Shown: positions 40,934 to 55,818, counted from the stretch's first letter. The stretch: DNA of 64,000 bases from Lingula anatina (GCA_051362555.1 CM120646.1:10664001-10728000), one strand, 5' to 3'. Numbers and translations are program-made. Notes: generated by a model from the letters alone, not told the origin.

Positions 40934-43005
40934 GTAATTTGCAACCTCGTACACAAACAAACTCAAATCACCAAATTTGCTGTTTTCTTTATTGGTAAAC
41001 AATACATTGCAATATTGAAATATTTTTTGGTTAATTCTCACTTTTTTGATTATCAATTTTCAATAAACTTGACATTAAAAAAAACACAGATAACTGATCA
41101 GCTTATTACTGATTTTTATTGCTGTTAAGCATCATTTGTGAAAATTTCAGAAACGCTGGACAAGATTTGACAAAATTATTATTGTTTAACTATTTTAAGT
41201 CATGGTATTTGTCAGTCTTTTTAATGTAATTTTCAGTTTTCTCAATATATTGTCTGAAGAAAATACTTTTCATTAGACACAGTCAACTGATCAGCTTATC
41301 ACAGATTTTTATTGTTGTTAAGCATCATTTGTACAAATTTCAGAAATATTGGACAAGATTTGACAAAATTATTAACGTTTAACTATTTTAAGTCTAGGCA
41401 TTTGCCAGTCTTTTTAATGTCATTTTGAGTTTTCCCAAATATATTTTCCAAAGAAGACACTTTTTTTTGGCACTCAACTGATCAGCTTATCACAGATTTT
41501 TATTGTTGTTAAGCATCTTTTGTACCAATTTCAGAAATATTGGACAAGATTTGACAAATTTATTAACGTTTAACTATTTTAAGTCTAGGGATTTGCCAGT
41601 CTTTTTAATATAATTTTCAGTTTTCCCAAATATATTTTCCAAAGAAAATACTTCTCATTAGACACAGTCAACTGATCAGCTTATCACAGATTTTTGTTGT
41701 TGTTAAGCATCTTTTGTACAAATTTCAGAAATATTGGACAAGATTTGACAAAATTATTAACGTTTAACTATTTTGTCCTGGGATTTGCCAGTCTTTTCAA
41801 TGTAACTTTAAATTTTCCTAAATATATTGTCCAAAGAAAATACTTCTCATTAGACACAGTCAACTGATCAGCTTATCACAGATTTTTATTGTTGTTAAGC
41901 ATGATTTGTACGAATATCAGAATTATTGGACAAGATTTGTCAAAATTATTAACATTTAACTATTTTAAGCCATGGAATTTGCCTGTCTTTTCGTTGTAAT
42001 TTTGAGTTTTTCTAAATATATTTTCCAAAGAAGACACTTTTTATTATACACAGTCAACTGATCAGCTTATCACAGATTTTTATTGTTGTTAAGCATCATT
42101 TGTACAAATTTCAGAAATATTGGACAAGATTTGACAAAATTATTAATGTTTAACTATTTTAAGTCTAGGGATTTGCCAGTCTTTTTAATGTCATTTTGAG
42201 TTTTCCCAAATATATTTTCCAAAGAAGAAACTTTCTATTAGACACAGTCAACTGATCAGCTTATCACAGATTTTTATTGCTGTTAAGCATCTTTTGTACC
42301 AATTTCAGAAATATTGGACAAGATTTGACAAATTTATTAACGTTTAACTATTTTAAGTCTAGGGATTTGCCAGTCTTTTTAATATAATTTTCAGTTTTCC
42401 CAAATATATTTTCCAAAGAAAATACTTCTCATTAGACACAGTCAACTGATCAGCTTATCACAGATTTTTGTTGTTGTTAAGCATCTTTTGTACAAATTTC
42501 AGAAATATTGGACAAGATTTGACAAAATTATTAACGTTTAACTATTTTGTCCTGGGATTTGCCAGTCTTTTCAATGTAACTTTAAATTTTCCTAAACATA
42601 TTGTCCAAAGAAAATACTTCTCATTAGACACAGTCAACTGATCAGCTTATCACAGATTTTTATTGTTGTTAAGCATGATTTGTACGAATATCAGAATTAC
42701 TGGACAAGATTTGTCAAAATTATTAACATTTAACTATTTTAAGCCATGGAATTTGCCTGTCTTTTCGTTGTAATTTTGAGTTTTTCTAAATATATTTTCC
42801 AAAGAAGACACTTTTTATTATACACAGTCAACTGATCAGCTTATCACAGATTTTTATTGTTGTTTAGCATTTTTTGTACCAATTTCAAAAATGTTGGACA
42901 AGATTTGACAAAATTATTAACATTTAACTTTTTTAAGTTTTGGGATTTGCCAGTCTTTTCAATGTGATTTTCATTCTTTTTTCAGTTATATTGTTCTTTT
43001 TCCAG

Positions 43006-43234
43006 AGTACCCTTATCATGAAAAAGCAGACAGTGAAAGACGGGATCAAGAGCAGCACCATGTCTTGTCCATGTGTACAATACATGATATGAAGCAAGAT
43101 TTAGTGCATTGTCAAGTATTGTGGTAGCAGCAACCCATTCCAGAAACCCATTGTAAGGAGGAATCTGCATCTGGCATTGATAGTAAGGAGAAGTCCTGTA
43201 TGGGTATATATTGTTTTCCAGATGACAGTTCTAG
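43006..43234 (+). repeat. Cassette 25 core (type B)
   Basis: Type B markers. Confidence 0.85.
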
Positions 43235-44342
43235 GTAATTTGCAACCTCGTACACAAACAAACTCAAATCACCACATTTGCTGTTTTCTTTATTGGTAAA
43301 CAATACATTGCAATATTGAAATATTTTTTGGTTAATTCTCACCCTTCTGATTATCAAATTTCAATAAACTTGACATTAAAAAAAACACAGATAACTGATC
43401 AGCTTATCACTGATTTTTATTGCTGTTAAGCATCATTTGTGAAAATTTCAGAAATGCTGGACAAGATTTGACAAAATTATTAACGTTTAACTATTTTAAG
43501 TCATGGTACTTGTCAGACTTTTTAATGTAATTTTCAGTTTTTCTCAATATATTGTCCGAAGAAAATACTTTTCATTGGACACAGTCAACTGATCAGCTTA
43601 TCACAGATTTTTATTGTTGTTAAGCATGATTTGTACGAATATCAGAATTATTGGACAAGATTTGACAAAATTATTAACGTTTAACTATTTTGTCCTGGGA
43701 TTTGCCAGTCTTTTCAATGTAACTTTCAATTTTCCCAAATATATTGTCCAAAGAAAATACTTCTCATTAGACACAGTCAACTGATCAGCTTATCACAGAT
43801 TTTTATTGTTGTTAAGCATGATTTGTACGAATATCAGAATTATTGGACAAGATTTGTCAAAATTATTAACATTTAACTATTTTAAGCCATGGAATTTGCC
43901 TGTCTTTTTGTTGTAATTTTGAGTTTTCCTAAATATATTTTCCAAAGAAGACACTTTCTATTATACACAGTCAACTGATCAGCTTATCACAGATTTTAAT
44001 TGTTGTTAAGCATCTTTTATACCAATTTCGGAAATATTGGACAAGATTTGACAAAATTATTAACGTTTAACTTTTTTAAGTCTAGGGATTTGACAGTTTT
44101 TTTAATGTAATTTTCAGTTTTCTCAAATATATTGTCCAAAGAAAATACTTTTCATTAGACACAGTCAACTGATCAGCTTATCACAGATTTTTGTTGTTGT
44201 TAAGCATCTTTTGTACCAATTTCAAAAATGTTGGACAAGATTTGACAAAATTATTAACGTTTAACTATTTTTAGTTTTGGGATTTTCCAGTCTTTTCAAT
44301 GTGATTTTCATTCTTTTTTCAGTTATATTGTTCTTTTTCCAG

Positions 44343-44571
44343 AGTACCCTTACCATGAAAAAGCAGACAGTGAAAGATGAGATGAAGAGCAGCACCATGT
44401 CTTGTCCATGTGTACAATACATGATATGAAGCAAGATTTAGTGCATTGTCAAGTATTGTGGTAGCAGCAACCCATTCCAGAAACCCATTGTAAGGAGGAA
44501 TCTGCATCTGGCATTGATAGTAAGGAGAAGTCTTGTATGGGTATATATTGTTTTCCAGATGACAGTTCTAG
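44343..44571 (+). repeat. Cassette 26 core (A/B/A chimera)
   Basis: Type A ends with a type B middle. Confidence 0.85.
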
Positions 44572-45675
44572 GTAATTTGCAACCTCGTACACAAACAAAC
44601 TCCAATCACCAAATTTGCTGTATTGTATTGGTAAACAATACATTGCAATATTGAAATATTTTTTGGTTAATTCTCACTTTTCTGATTATCAATTTTCAAT
44701 AAACTTGACATTAAAAAAAACACAGATAACTGATCAGCTTATCACAGATTTTTATTGTTGTTAAGCATCATTTGTACAAATTTCAGAAATATTGGACAAG
44801 ATTTGACAAAATTATTAACGTTTAACTATTTTAAGTCTAGGCATTTGCCAGTCTTTTTAATGTCATTTTGAGTTTTCCCAAATATATTTTCCAAATAAGA
44901 CACTTTTTTTGGCACAGTCAACTGATCAGCTTATCACAGATTTTTATTGTTGTTAAGCATCATTTGTACAAATTTCAGAAATATTGGACAAGATTTGACA
45001 AAATTATTAACGTTTAACTATTTTGTCCTGGGATTTGCCAGTCTTTTCAATGTAACTTTCAATTTTCCCAAATATATTGTCCAAAGAAAATACTTCTCAT
45101 TAGACACAGTCAACTGATCAGCTTATCACAGATTTTTATTGTTGTTAAGCATGATTTGTACGAATATCAGAATTATTGGACAAGATTTGTCAAAATTATT
45201 AACATTTAACTATTTTAAGCCATGGAATTTGCCTGTCTTTTTGTTGTAATTTTGAGTTTTCCTAAATATATTTTCCAAAGAAGACACTTTTTATTATACA
45301 CAGTCAACTGATCAGCTTATCACAGATTTTAATTGTTGTTAAGCATCTTTTATACCAATTTCGGAAATATTGGACAAGATTTGACAAAATTATTAACGTT
45401 TAACTTTTTTAAGTCTAGGGATTTGACAGTCTTTTTAATGTAATTTTCAGTTTTCTCAAATATATTGTCCAAAGAAAATACTTTTCATTAGACACAGTCA
45501 ACTGATCAGCTTATCACAGATTTTTGTTGTTGTTAAGCATCTTTTGTACCAATTTCAAAAATGTTGGACAAGATTTGACAAAATTATTAATGTTTAACTA
45601 TTTTTAGTTTTGGGATTTTCCAGTCTTTTCAATGTGATTTTCATTCTTTTTTCAGTTATATTGTTCTTTTTCCAG

Positions 45676-45907
45676 ACTACCCTTACCATGAAAAAGCAGA
45701 CAGTGAAAGATGAGATGAAGAGCAGCACCATGTCTTGTCCATGTGTACAATACATGATATGAAGCAAGATTTAGGGCATTGTCAAGTACTATTGTGCTAA
45801 CAGCAACCCATTCCAGAAACCCATTGTAAGGAGGAATCTGCATCTGGCATTGATAGTAAGGAGAAGTCTTGTATGGGTATATATTGTTTTCCAGATGACA
45901 GTTCTAG
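45676..45907 (+). repeat. Cassette 27 core (type A)
   Basis: Type A markers. Confidence 0.85.
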
Positions 45908-47010
45908 GTAATTTGCAACCTCGTACACAAACAAACTCCAATCACCAAATTTGCTGTATTGTATTGGTAAACAATACATTGCAATATTGAAATATTTTTT
46001 GGTTAATTCTCACTTTTCTGATTATCAATTTTCAATAAACTTGACATTAAAAAAAACACAGATAACTGATCAGCTTATCACAGATTTTTATTGTTGTTAA
46101 GCATCATTTGTACAAATTTCAGAAATATTGGACAAGATTTGACAAAATTATTAACGTTTAACTATTTTAAGTCTAGGCATTTGCCAGTCTTTTTAATGTC
46201 ATTTTGAGTTTTCCCAAATATATTTTCCAAATAAGACACTTTTTTTGGCACAGTCAACTGATCAGCTTATCACAGATTTTTATTGTTGTTAAGCATCATT
46301 TGTACAAATTTCAGAAATATTGGACAAGATTTGACAAAATTATTAACGTTTAACTATTTTGTCCTGGGATTTGCCAGTCTTTTCAATGTAACTTTCAATT
46401 TTCCCAAATATATTGTCCAAAGAAAATACTTCTCATTAGACACAGTCAACTGATCAGCTTATCACAGATTTTTATTGTTGTTAAGCATGATTTGTACGAA
46501 TATCAGAATTATTGGACAAGATTTGTCAAAATTATTAACATTTAACTATTTTAAGCCATGGAATTTGCCTGTCTTTTCGTTGTAATTTTGAGTTTTTCTA
46601 AATATATTTTCCAAAGAAGACACTTTTTATTATACACAGTCAACTGATCAGCTTATCACAGATTTTTATTGTTGTTAAGCATTTTTGTACCAATTTCAAA
46701 AATGTTGGACAAGATTTGACAAAATTATTAACGTTTAACTTTTTTAAGTTTTGGGATTTGCCAGTCTTTTCAATGTGATTTTCAGTTTTCCCAAATATAT
46801 TGTCCAAAGAAAATACTTTTCATTAGACACAGTCAACTGATCAGCTTATCACAGATTTTTATTGTTGTTAAGCATCTTTTGTACCAATTTCAAAAATGTT
46901 GGATAAGATTTGACAAAATTATTAATGTTTAACTATTTTTAGTTTTGGGATTTTCCAGTCTTTTCAATGTGATTTTCATTCTTTTTTCAGTTATATTGTT
47001 CTTTTTCTAG

Positions 47011-47242
47011 ACTACCCTTACCATGAAAAAGCAGACAGTGAAAGATGAGATCAAGAGCAGCACCATGTCTTTTCCATGTGTACAATACATGATATGAAGC
47101 AAGATTTAGGGCATTGTCAAGTACTATTGTGCTAACAGCAACCCATTCCAGAAACCCATTGTAAGGAGGAATCTGCATCTGGCATTGATAGTAAGGAGAA
47201 GTTTTGTATGGGTATATATTGTTTTCCAGATGACAGTTCTAG
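47011..47242 (+). repeat. Cassette 28 core (type A, TAG acceptor)
   Basis: Like cassette 19. Confidence 0.85.
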
Positions 47243-48159
47243 GTAATTTGCAACCTCGTACACAAACAAACTCAAATCACCAAATTTGCTGTTTTCTTTA
47301 TTGGTAAACAATACATTGCAATATTGAAATATTTTTTGGTTAATTCTCACTTTTTTGATTATCAATTTTCAATAAACTTGACATTAAAAAAAACACAGAT
47401 AACTGATCAGCTTATTACTGATTTTTATTGCTGTTAAGCATCATTTGTGAAAATTTCAGAAACGCTGGACAAGATTTGACAAAATTATTATTGTTTAACT
47501 ATTTTAAGTCATGGTATTTGCCAGTCTTTTCAATGTAACTTTAAATTTTCCTAAATATATTGTCCAAAGAAAATACTTCTCATTAGACACAGTCAACTGA
47601 TCAGCTTATCACAGATTTTTATTGTTGTTAAGCATGATTTGTACAAATATCAGAATTATTGGACAAGATTTGTCAAAATTATTAACATTTAACTATTTTA
47701 AGCCATGGAATTTGCCTGTCTTTTCGTTGTAATTTTGAGTTTTTCTAAATATATTTTCCAAAGAAGACACTTTTTATTATACACAGTCAACTGATCAGCT
47801 TATCACAGATTTTTATTGTTGTTAAGCATTTTTTGTACCAATTTCAAAAATGTTGGACAAGATTTGACAAAATTATTAACGTTTAACTTTTTTAAGTTTT
47901 GGGATTTGCCAGTCTTTTCAATGTGATTTTCAGTTTTCCCAAATATATTGTCCAAAGAAAATACTTTTCATTAGACACAGTCAACTGATCAACTTATCAC
48001 AGATTTTTATTGTTGTTAAGCATCTTTTGTACCAATTTCAAAAATGTTGGATAAGATTTGACAAAATTATTAATGTTTAACTATTTTTAGTTTTGGGATT
48101 TTCCAGTCTTTTCAATGTGATTTTCATTCTTTCTCAATGTTATTTTGTTCTTTTTCCAG

Positions 48160-48391
48160 ACTACCCTTACCATGAAAAAGCAGACAGTGAAAGATGAGAT
48201 CAAGAGCAGCACCATGTCTTTTCCATGTATACAATACATGATATGAAGCAAGATTTAGGGCATTGTCAAGTACTATTGTGCTAACAGCAACCCATTCCAG
48301 AAACCCATTGTAAGGAGGAATCTGCATCTGGCATTGATAGTAAGGAGAAGTCTTGTATGGGTATATATTGTTTTCCAGATGACAGTTCTAG
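48160..48391 (+). repeat. Cassette 29 core (type A, altered upstream tract)
   Basis: Upstream sequence reads CTTTCTCAATGTTATTTTGTTCTTTTTCCAG. Confidence 0.85.
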
Positions 48392-50272
48392 GTAATTTGC
48401 AACCTCGTACACAAACAAACTCAAATCACCAAATTTGCTGTTTTCTTTATTGGTAAACAATACATTGCAATATTGAAATATTTTTTGGTTAATTCTCACT
48501 TTTTTGATTATCAATTTTCAATAAACTTGACATTAAAAAAAACACAGATAACTGATCAGCTTATTACTGATTTTTATTGCTGTTAAGCATCATTTGTGAA
48601 AATTTCAGAAACGCTGGACAAGATTTGACAAAATTATTATTGTTTAACTATTTTAAGTCATGGTATTTGTCAGTCTTTTTAATGTAATTTTCAGTTTTCT
48701 CAATATATTGTCCGAAGAAAATACTTTTCATTAGACACAGTCAACTGATCAGCTTATCACAGATTTTTGTTGTTGTTAAGCATCTTTTGTACCAATTTCA
48801 GAAATATTGGACAAGATTTGACAAATTTATTAACGTTTAACTATTTTAAGTCTAGGGATTTGCCAGTCTTTTTAATATAATTTTCAGTTTTCCCAAATAT
48901 ATTTTCCAAAGAAAATACTTCTCATTAGACACAGTCAACTGATCAGCTTATCACAGATTTTTGTTGTTGTTAAGCATCTTTTGTACAAATTTCAGAAATA
49001 TTGGACAAGATTTGACAAAATTATTAACGTTTAACTATTTTGTCCTGGGATTTGCCAGTCTTTTCAATGTAACTTTAAATTTTCCTAAATATATTGTCCA
49101 AAGAAAATACTTCTCATTAGACACAGTCAACTGATCAGCTTATCACAGATTTTTATTGTTGTTAAGCATGATTTGTACGAATATCAGAATTATTGGACAA
49201 GATTTGTCAAAATTATTAACATTTAACTATTTTAAGCCATGGAATTTGCCTGTCTTTTCGTTGTAATTTTGAGTTTTTCTAAATATATTTTCCAAAGAAG
49301 ACACTTTTTATTATACACAGTCAACTGATCAGCTTATCACAGATTTTTATTGTTGTTAAGCATCATTTGTACAAATTTCAGAAATATTGGACAAGATTTG
49401 ACAAAATTATTAATGTTTAACTATTTTAAGTCTAGGGATTTGCCAGTCTTTTTAATGTCATTTTGAGTTTTCCCAAATATATTTTCCAAAGAAGAAACTT
49501 TCTATTAGACACAGTCAACTGATCAGCTTATCACAGATTTTTATTGCTGTTAAGCATCTTTTGTACCAATTTCAGAAATATTGGACAAGATTTGACAAAT
49601 TTATTAACGTTTAACTATTTTAAGTCTAGGGATTTGCCAGTCTTTTTAATATAATTTTCAGTTTTCCCAAATATATTTTCCAAAGAAAATACTTCTCATT
49701 AGACACAGTCAACTGATCAGCTTATCACAGATTTTTGTTGTTGTTAAGCATCTTTTGTACAAATTTCAGAAATATTGGACAAGATTTGACAAAATTATTA
49801 ACGTTTAACTATTTTGTCCTGGGATTTGCCAGTCTTTTCAATGTAACTTTAAATTTTCCTAAATATATTGTCCAAAGAAAATACTTCTCATTAGACACAG
49901 TCAACTGATCAGCTTATCACAGATTTTTATTGTTGTTAAGCATGATTTGTACGAATATCAGAATTACTGGACAAGATTTGTCAAAATTATTAACATTTAA
50001 CTATTTTAAGCCATGGAATTTGCCTGTCTTTTCGTTGTAATTTTGAGTTTTTCTAAATATATTTTCCAAAGAAGACACTTTTTATTATACACAGTCAACT
50101 GATCAGCTTATCACAGATTTTTATTGTTGTTTAGCATTTTTTGTACCAATTTCAAAAATGTTGGACAAGATTTGACAAAATTATTAACATTTAACTTTTT
50201 TAAGTTTTGGGATTTGCCAGTCTTTTCAATGTGATTTTCATTCTTTTTTCAGTTATATTGTTCTTTTTCCAG

Positions 50273-50501
50273 AGTACCCTTATCATGAAAAAGCAGACAG
50301 TGAAAGACGGGATCAAGAGCAGCACCATGTCTTGTCCATGTGTACAATACATGATATGAAGCAAGATTTAGTGCATTGTCAAGTATTGTGGTAGCAGCAA
50401 CCCATTCCAGAAACCCATTGTAAGGAGGAATCTGCATCTGGCATTGATAGTAAGGAGAAGTCCTGTATGGGTATATATTGTTTTCCAGATGACAGTTCTA
50501 G
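50273..50501 (+). repeat. Cassette 30 core (type B)
   Basis: Type B markers. Confidence 0.85.
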
Positions 50502-51997
50502 GTAATTTGCAACCTCGTACACAAACAAACTCAAATCACCACATTTGCTGTTTTCTTTATTGGTAAACAATACATTGCAATATTGAAATATTTTTTGGTT
50601 AATTCTCACCCTTCTGATTATCAAATTTCAATAAACTTGACATTAAAAAAAACACAGATAACTGATCAGCTTATCACTGATTTTTATTGCTGTTAAGCAT
50701 CATTTGTGAAAATTTCAGAAATGCTGGACAAGATTTGACAAAATTATTAACGTTTAACTATTTTAAGTCATGGTACTTGTCAGACTTTTTAATGTAATTT
50801 TCAGTTTTTCTCAATATATTGTCCGAAGAAAATACTTTTCATTGGACACAGTCAACTGATCAGCTTATCACAGATTTTTATTGTTGTTAAGCATGATTTG
50901 TACGAATATCAGAATTATTGGACAAGATTTGTCAAAATTATTAACATTTAACTATTTTAAGCCATGGAATTTGCCTGTCTTTTCGTTGTAATTTTGAGTT
51001 TTTCTAAATATATTTTCCAAAGAAGACACTTTTTATTATACACAGTCAACTGATCAGCTTATCACAGATTTTTATTGTTGTTAAGCATCATTTGTACAAA
51101 TTTCAGAAATATTGGACAAGATTTGACAAAATTATTAATGTTTAACTATTTTAAGTCTAGGGATTTGCCAGTCTTTTTAATGTCATTTTGAGTTTTCCCA
51201 AATATATTTTCCAAAGAAGAAACTTTCTATTAGACACAGTCAACTGATCAGCTTATCACAGATTTTTATTGCTGTTAAGCATCTTTTGTACCAATTTCAG
51301 AAATATTGGACAAGATTTGACAAATTTATTAACGTTTAACTATTTTAAGTCTAGGGATTTGCCAGTCTTTTTAATATAATTTTCAGTTTTCCCAAATATA
51401 TTTTCCAAAGAAAATACTTCTCATTAGACACAGTCAACTGATCAGCTTATCACAGATTTTTGTTGTTGTTAAGCATCTTTTGTACAAATTTCAGAAATAT
51501 TGGACAAGATTTGACAAAATTATTAACGTTTAACTATTTTGTCCTGGGATTTGCCAGTCTTTTCAATGTAACTTTAAATTTTCCTAAATATATTGTCCAA
51601 AGAAAATACTTCTCATTAGACACAGTCAACTGATCAGCTTATCACAGATTTTTATTGTTGTTAAGCATGATTTGTACGAATATCAGAATTATTGGACAAG
51701 ATTTGTCAAAATTATTAACATTTAACTATTTTAAGCCATGGAATTTGCCTGTCTTTTCGTTGTAATTTTGAGTTTTTCTAAATATATTTTCCAAAGAAGA
51801 CACTTTTTATTATACACAGTCAACTGATCAGCTTATCACAGATTTTTATTGTTGTTTAGCATTTTTTGTACCAATTTCAAAAATGTTGGACAAGATTTGA
51901 CAAAATTATTAACATTTAACTTTTTTAAGTTTTGGGATTTGCCAGTCTTTTCAATGTGATTTTCATTCTTTTTTCAGTTATATTGTTCTTTTTCCAG

Positions 51998-52226
51998 AGT
52001 ACCCTTATCATGAAAAAGCAGACAGTGAAAGACGGGATCAAGAGCAGCACCATGTCTTGTCCATGTGTACAATACATGATATGAAGCAAGATTTAGTGCA
52101 TTGTCAAGTATTGTGGTAGCAGCAACCCATTCCAGAAACCCATTGTAAGGAGGAATCTGCATCTGGCATTGATAGTAAGGAGAAGTCCTGTATGGGTATA
52201 TATTGTTTTCCAGATGACAGTTCTAG
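51998..52226 (+). repeat. Cassette 31 core (type B)
   Basis: Offset 1725 from cassette 30. Confidence 0.85.
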
Positions 52227-53334
52227 GTAATTTGCAACCTCGTACACAAACAAACTCAAATCACCACATTTGCTGTTTTCTTTATTGGTAAACAATACAT
52301 TGCAATATTGAAATATTTTTTGGTTAATTCTCACCCTTCTGATTATCAAATTTCAATAAACTTGACATTAAAAAAAACACAGATAACTGATCAGCTTATC
52401 ACTGATTTTTATTGCTGTTAAGCATCATTTGTGAAAATTTCAGAAATGCTGGACAAGATTTGACAAAATTATTAACGTTTAACTATTTTAAGTCATGGTA
52501 CTTGTCAGACTTTTTAATGTAATTTTCAGTTTTTCTCAATATATTGTCCGAAGAAAATACTTTTCATTGGACACAGTCAACTGATCAGCTTATCACAGAT
52601 TTTTATTGTTGTTAAGCATGATTTGTACGAATTTCAGAAATATTGGACAAGATTTGACAAAATTATTAACGTTTAACTATTTTGTCCTGGGATTTGCCAG
52701 TCTTTTCAATGTAACTTTCAATTTTCCCAAATATATTGTCCAAAGAAAATACTTCTCATTAGACACAGTCAACTGATCAGCTTATCACAGATTTTTATTG
52801 TTGTTAAGCATGATTTATACGAATATCAGAATTATTGGACAAGATTTGTCAAAATTATTAACATTTAACTATTTTAAGCCATGGAATTTGCCTGTCTTTT
52901 TGTTGTAATTTTGAGTTTTCCTAAATATATTTTCCAAAGAAGACACTTTTTATTATACACAGTCAACTGATCAGCTTATCACAGATTTTAATTGTTGTTA
53001 AGCATCTTTTATACCAATTTCGGAAATATTGGACAAGATTTGACAAAATTATTAACGTTTAACTTTTTTAAGTCTAGGGATTTGACAGTCTTTTTAATGT
53101 AATTTTCAGTTTTCTCAAATATATTGTCCAAAGAAAATACTTTTCATTAGACACAGTCAACTGATCAGCTTATCACAGATTTTTGTTGTTGTTAAGCATC
53201 TTTTGTACCAATTTCAAAAATGTTGGACAAGATTTGACAAAATTATTAACGTTTAACTATTTTTAGTTTTGGGATTTTCCAGTCTTTTCAATGTGATTTT
53301 CATTCTTTTTTCAGTTATATTGTTCTTTTTCCAG

Positions 53335-53566
53335 AGTACCCTTACCATGAAAAAGCAGACAGTGAAAGATGAGATGAAGAGCAGCACCATGTCTTGTCCA
53401 TGTGTACAATACATGATATGAAGCAAGATTTAGGGCATTGTCAAGTACTATTGTGCTAACAGCAACCCATTCCAGAAACCCATTGTAAGGAGGAATCTGC
53501 ATCTGGCATTGATAGTAAGGAGAAGTCTTGTATGGGTATATATTGTTTTCCAGATGACAGTTCTAG
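53335..53566 (+). repeat. Cassette 32 core (type A)
   Basis: Offset 7659 from cassette 27. Confidence 0.85.
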
Positions 53567-54669
53567 GTAATTTGCAACCTCGTACACAAACAAACTCCAA
53601 TCACCAAATTTGCTGTATTGTATTGGTAAACAATACATTGCAATATTGAAATATTTTTTGGTTAATTCTCACTTTTCTGATTATCAATTTTCAATAAACT
53701 TGACATTAAAAAAAACACAGATAACTGATCAGCTTATCACAGATTTTTATTGTTGTTAAGCATCATTTGTACAAATTTCAGAAATATTGGACAAGATTTG
53801 ACAAAATTATTAACGTTTAACTATTTTAAGTCTAGGCATTTGCCAGTCTTTTTAATGTCATTTTGAGTTTTCCCAAATATATTTTCCAAATAAGACACTT
53901 TTTTTGGCACAGTCAACTGATCAGCTTATCACAGATTTTTATTGTTGTTAAGCATCATTTGTACAAATTTCAGAAATATTGGACAAGATTTGACAAAATT
54001 ATTAACGTTTAACTATTTTGTCCTGGGATTTGCCAGTCTTTTCAATGTAACTTTCAATTTTCCCAAATATATTGTCCAAAGAAAATACTTCTCATTAGAC
54101 ACAGTCAACTGATCAGCTTATCACAGATTTTTATTGTTGTTAAGCATGATTTGTACGAATATCAGAATTATTGGACAAGATTTGTCAAAATTATTAACAT
54201 TTAACTATTTTAAGCCATGGAATTTGCCTGTCTTTTCGTTGTAATTTTGAGTTTTTCTAAATATATTTTCCAAAGAAGACACTTTTTATTATACACAGTC
54301 AACTGATCAGCTTATCACAGATTTTTATTGTTGTTAAGCATTTTTGTACCAATTTCAAAAATGTTGGACAAGATTTGACAAAATTATTAACGTTTAACTT
54401 TTTTAAGTTTTGGGATTTGCCAGTCTTTTCAATGTGATTTTCAGTTTTCCCAAATATATTGTCCAAAGAAAATACTTTTCATTAGACACAGTCAACTGAT
54501 CAGCTTATCACAGATTTTTATTGTTGTTAAGCATCTTTTGTACCAATTTCAAAAATGTTGGATAAGATTTGACAAAATTATTAATGTTTAACTATTTTTA
54601 GTTTTGGGATTTTCCAGTCTTTTCAATGTGATTTTCATTCTTTTTTCAGTTATATTGTTCTTTTTCTAG

Positions 54670-54901
54670 ACTACCCTTACCATGAAAAAGCAGACAGTGA
54701 AAGATGAGATCAAGAGCAGCACCATGTCTTTTCCATGTGTACAATACATGATATGAAGCAAGATTTAGGGCATTGTCAAGTACTATTGTGCTAACAGCAA
54801 CCCATTCCAGAAACCCATTGTAAGGAGGAATCTGCATCTGGCATTGATAGTAAGGAGAAGTTTTGTATGGGTATATATTGTTTTCCAGATGACAGTTCTA
54901 G
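54670..54901 (+). repeat. Cassette 33 core (type A, TAG acceptor)
   Basis: Offset 7659 from cassette 28. Confidence 0.85.
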
Positions 54902-55818
54902 GTAATTTGCAACCTCGTACACAAACAAACTCAAATCACCAAATTTGCTGTTTTCTTTATTGGTAAACAATACATTGCAATATTGAAATATTTTTTGGTT
55001 AATTCTCACTTTTTTGATTATCAATTTTCAATAAACTTGACATTAAAAAAAAACACAGATAACTGATCAGCTTATTACTGATTTTTATTGCTGTTAAGCA
55101 TCATTTGTGAAAATTTCAGAAACACTGGACAAGATTTGACAAAATTATTATTGTTTAACTATTTTAAGTCATGGTATTTGCCAGTCTTTTCAATGTAACT
55201 TTAAATTTTCCTAAATATATTGTCCAAAGAAAATACTTCTCATTAGACACAGTCAACTGATCAGCTTATCACAGATTTTTATTGTTGTTAAGCATGATTT
55301 GTACAAATATCAGAATTATTGGACAAGATTTGTCAAAATTATTAACATTTAACTATTTTAAGCCATGGAATTTGCCTGTCTTTTCGTTGTAATTTTGAGT
55401 TTTTCTAAATATATTTTCCAAAGAAGACACTTTTTATTATACACAGTCAACTGATCAGCTTATCACAGATTTTTATTGTTGTTAAGCATTTTTTGTACCA
55501 ATTTCAAAAATGTTGGACAAGATTTGACAAAATTATTAACGTTTAACTTTTTTAAGTTTTGGGATTTGCCAGTCTTTTCAATGTGATTTTCAGTTTTCCC
55601 AAATATATTGTCCAAAGAAAATACTTTTCATTAGACACAGTCAACTGATCAACTTATCACAGATTTTTATTGTTGTTAAGCATCTTTTGTACCAATTTCA
55701 AAAATGTTGGATAAGATTTGACAAAATTATTAATGTTTAACTATTTTTAGTTTTGGGATTTTCCAGTCTTTTCAATGTGATTTTCATTCTTTTTTCAGTT
55801 ATATTGTTCTTTTTCCAG

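Larger units (their letters stand above)
25990..42330. repeat. Near-perfect tandem duplication of an ~8.22-kb higher-order unit (4 cassettes + 1 MITE)
   Basis: Constant offset of 8219-8220: ORFs 26543/34763, 28884/37103, 29783/38002, 32459/40678; MITE 27380/35599. Private variants are shared, e.g. AAAGCCGGG, GGTCATT, GGCACTCAAC. Boundaries are approximate. Confidence 0.9.
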
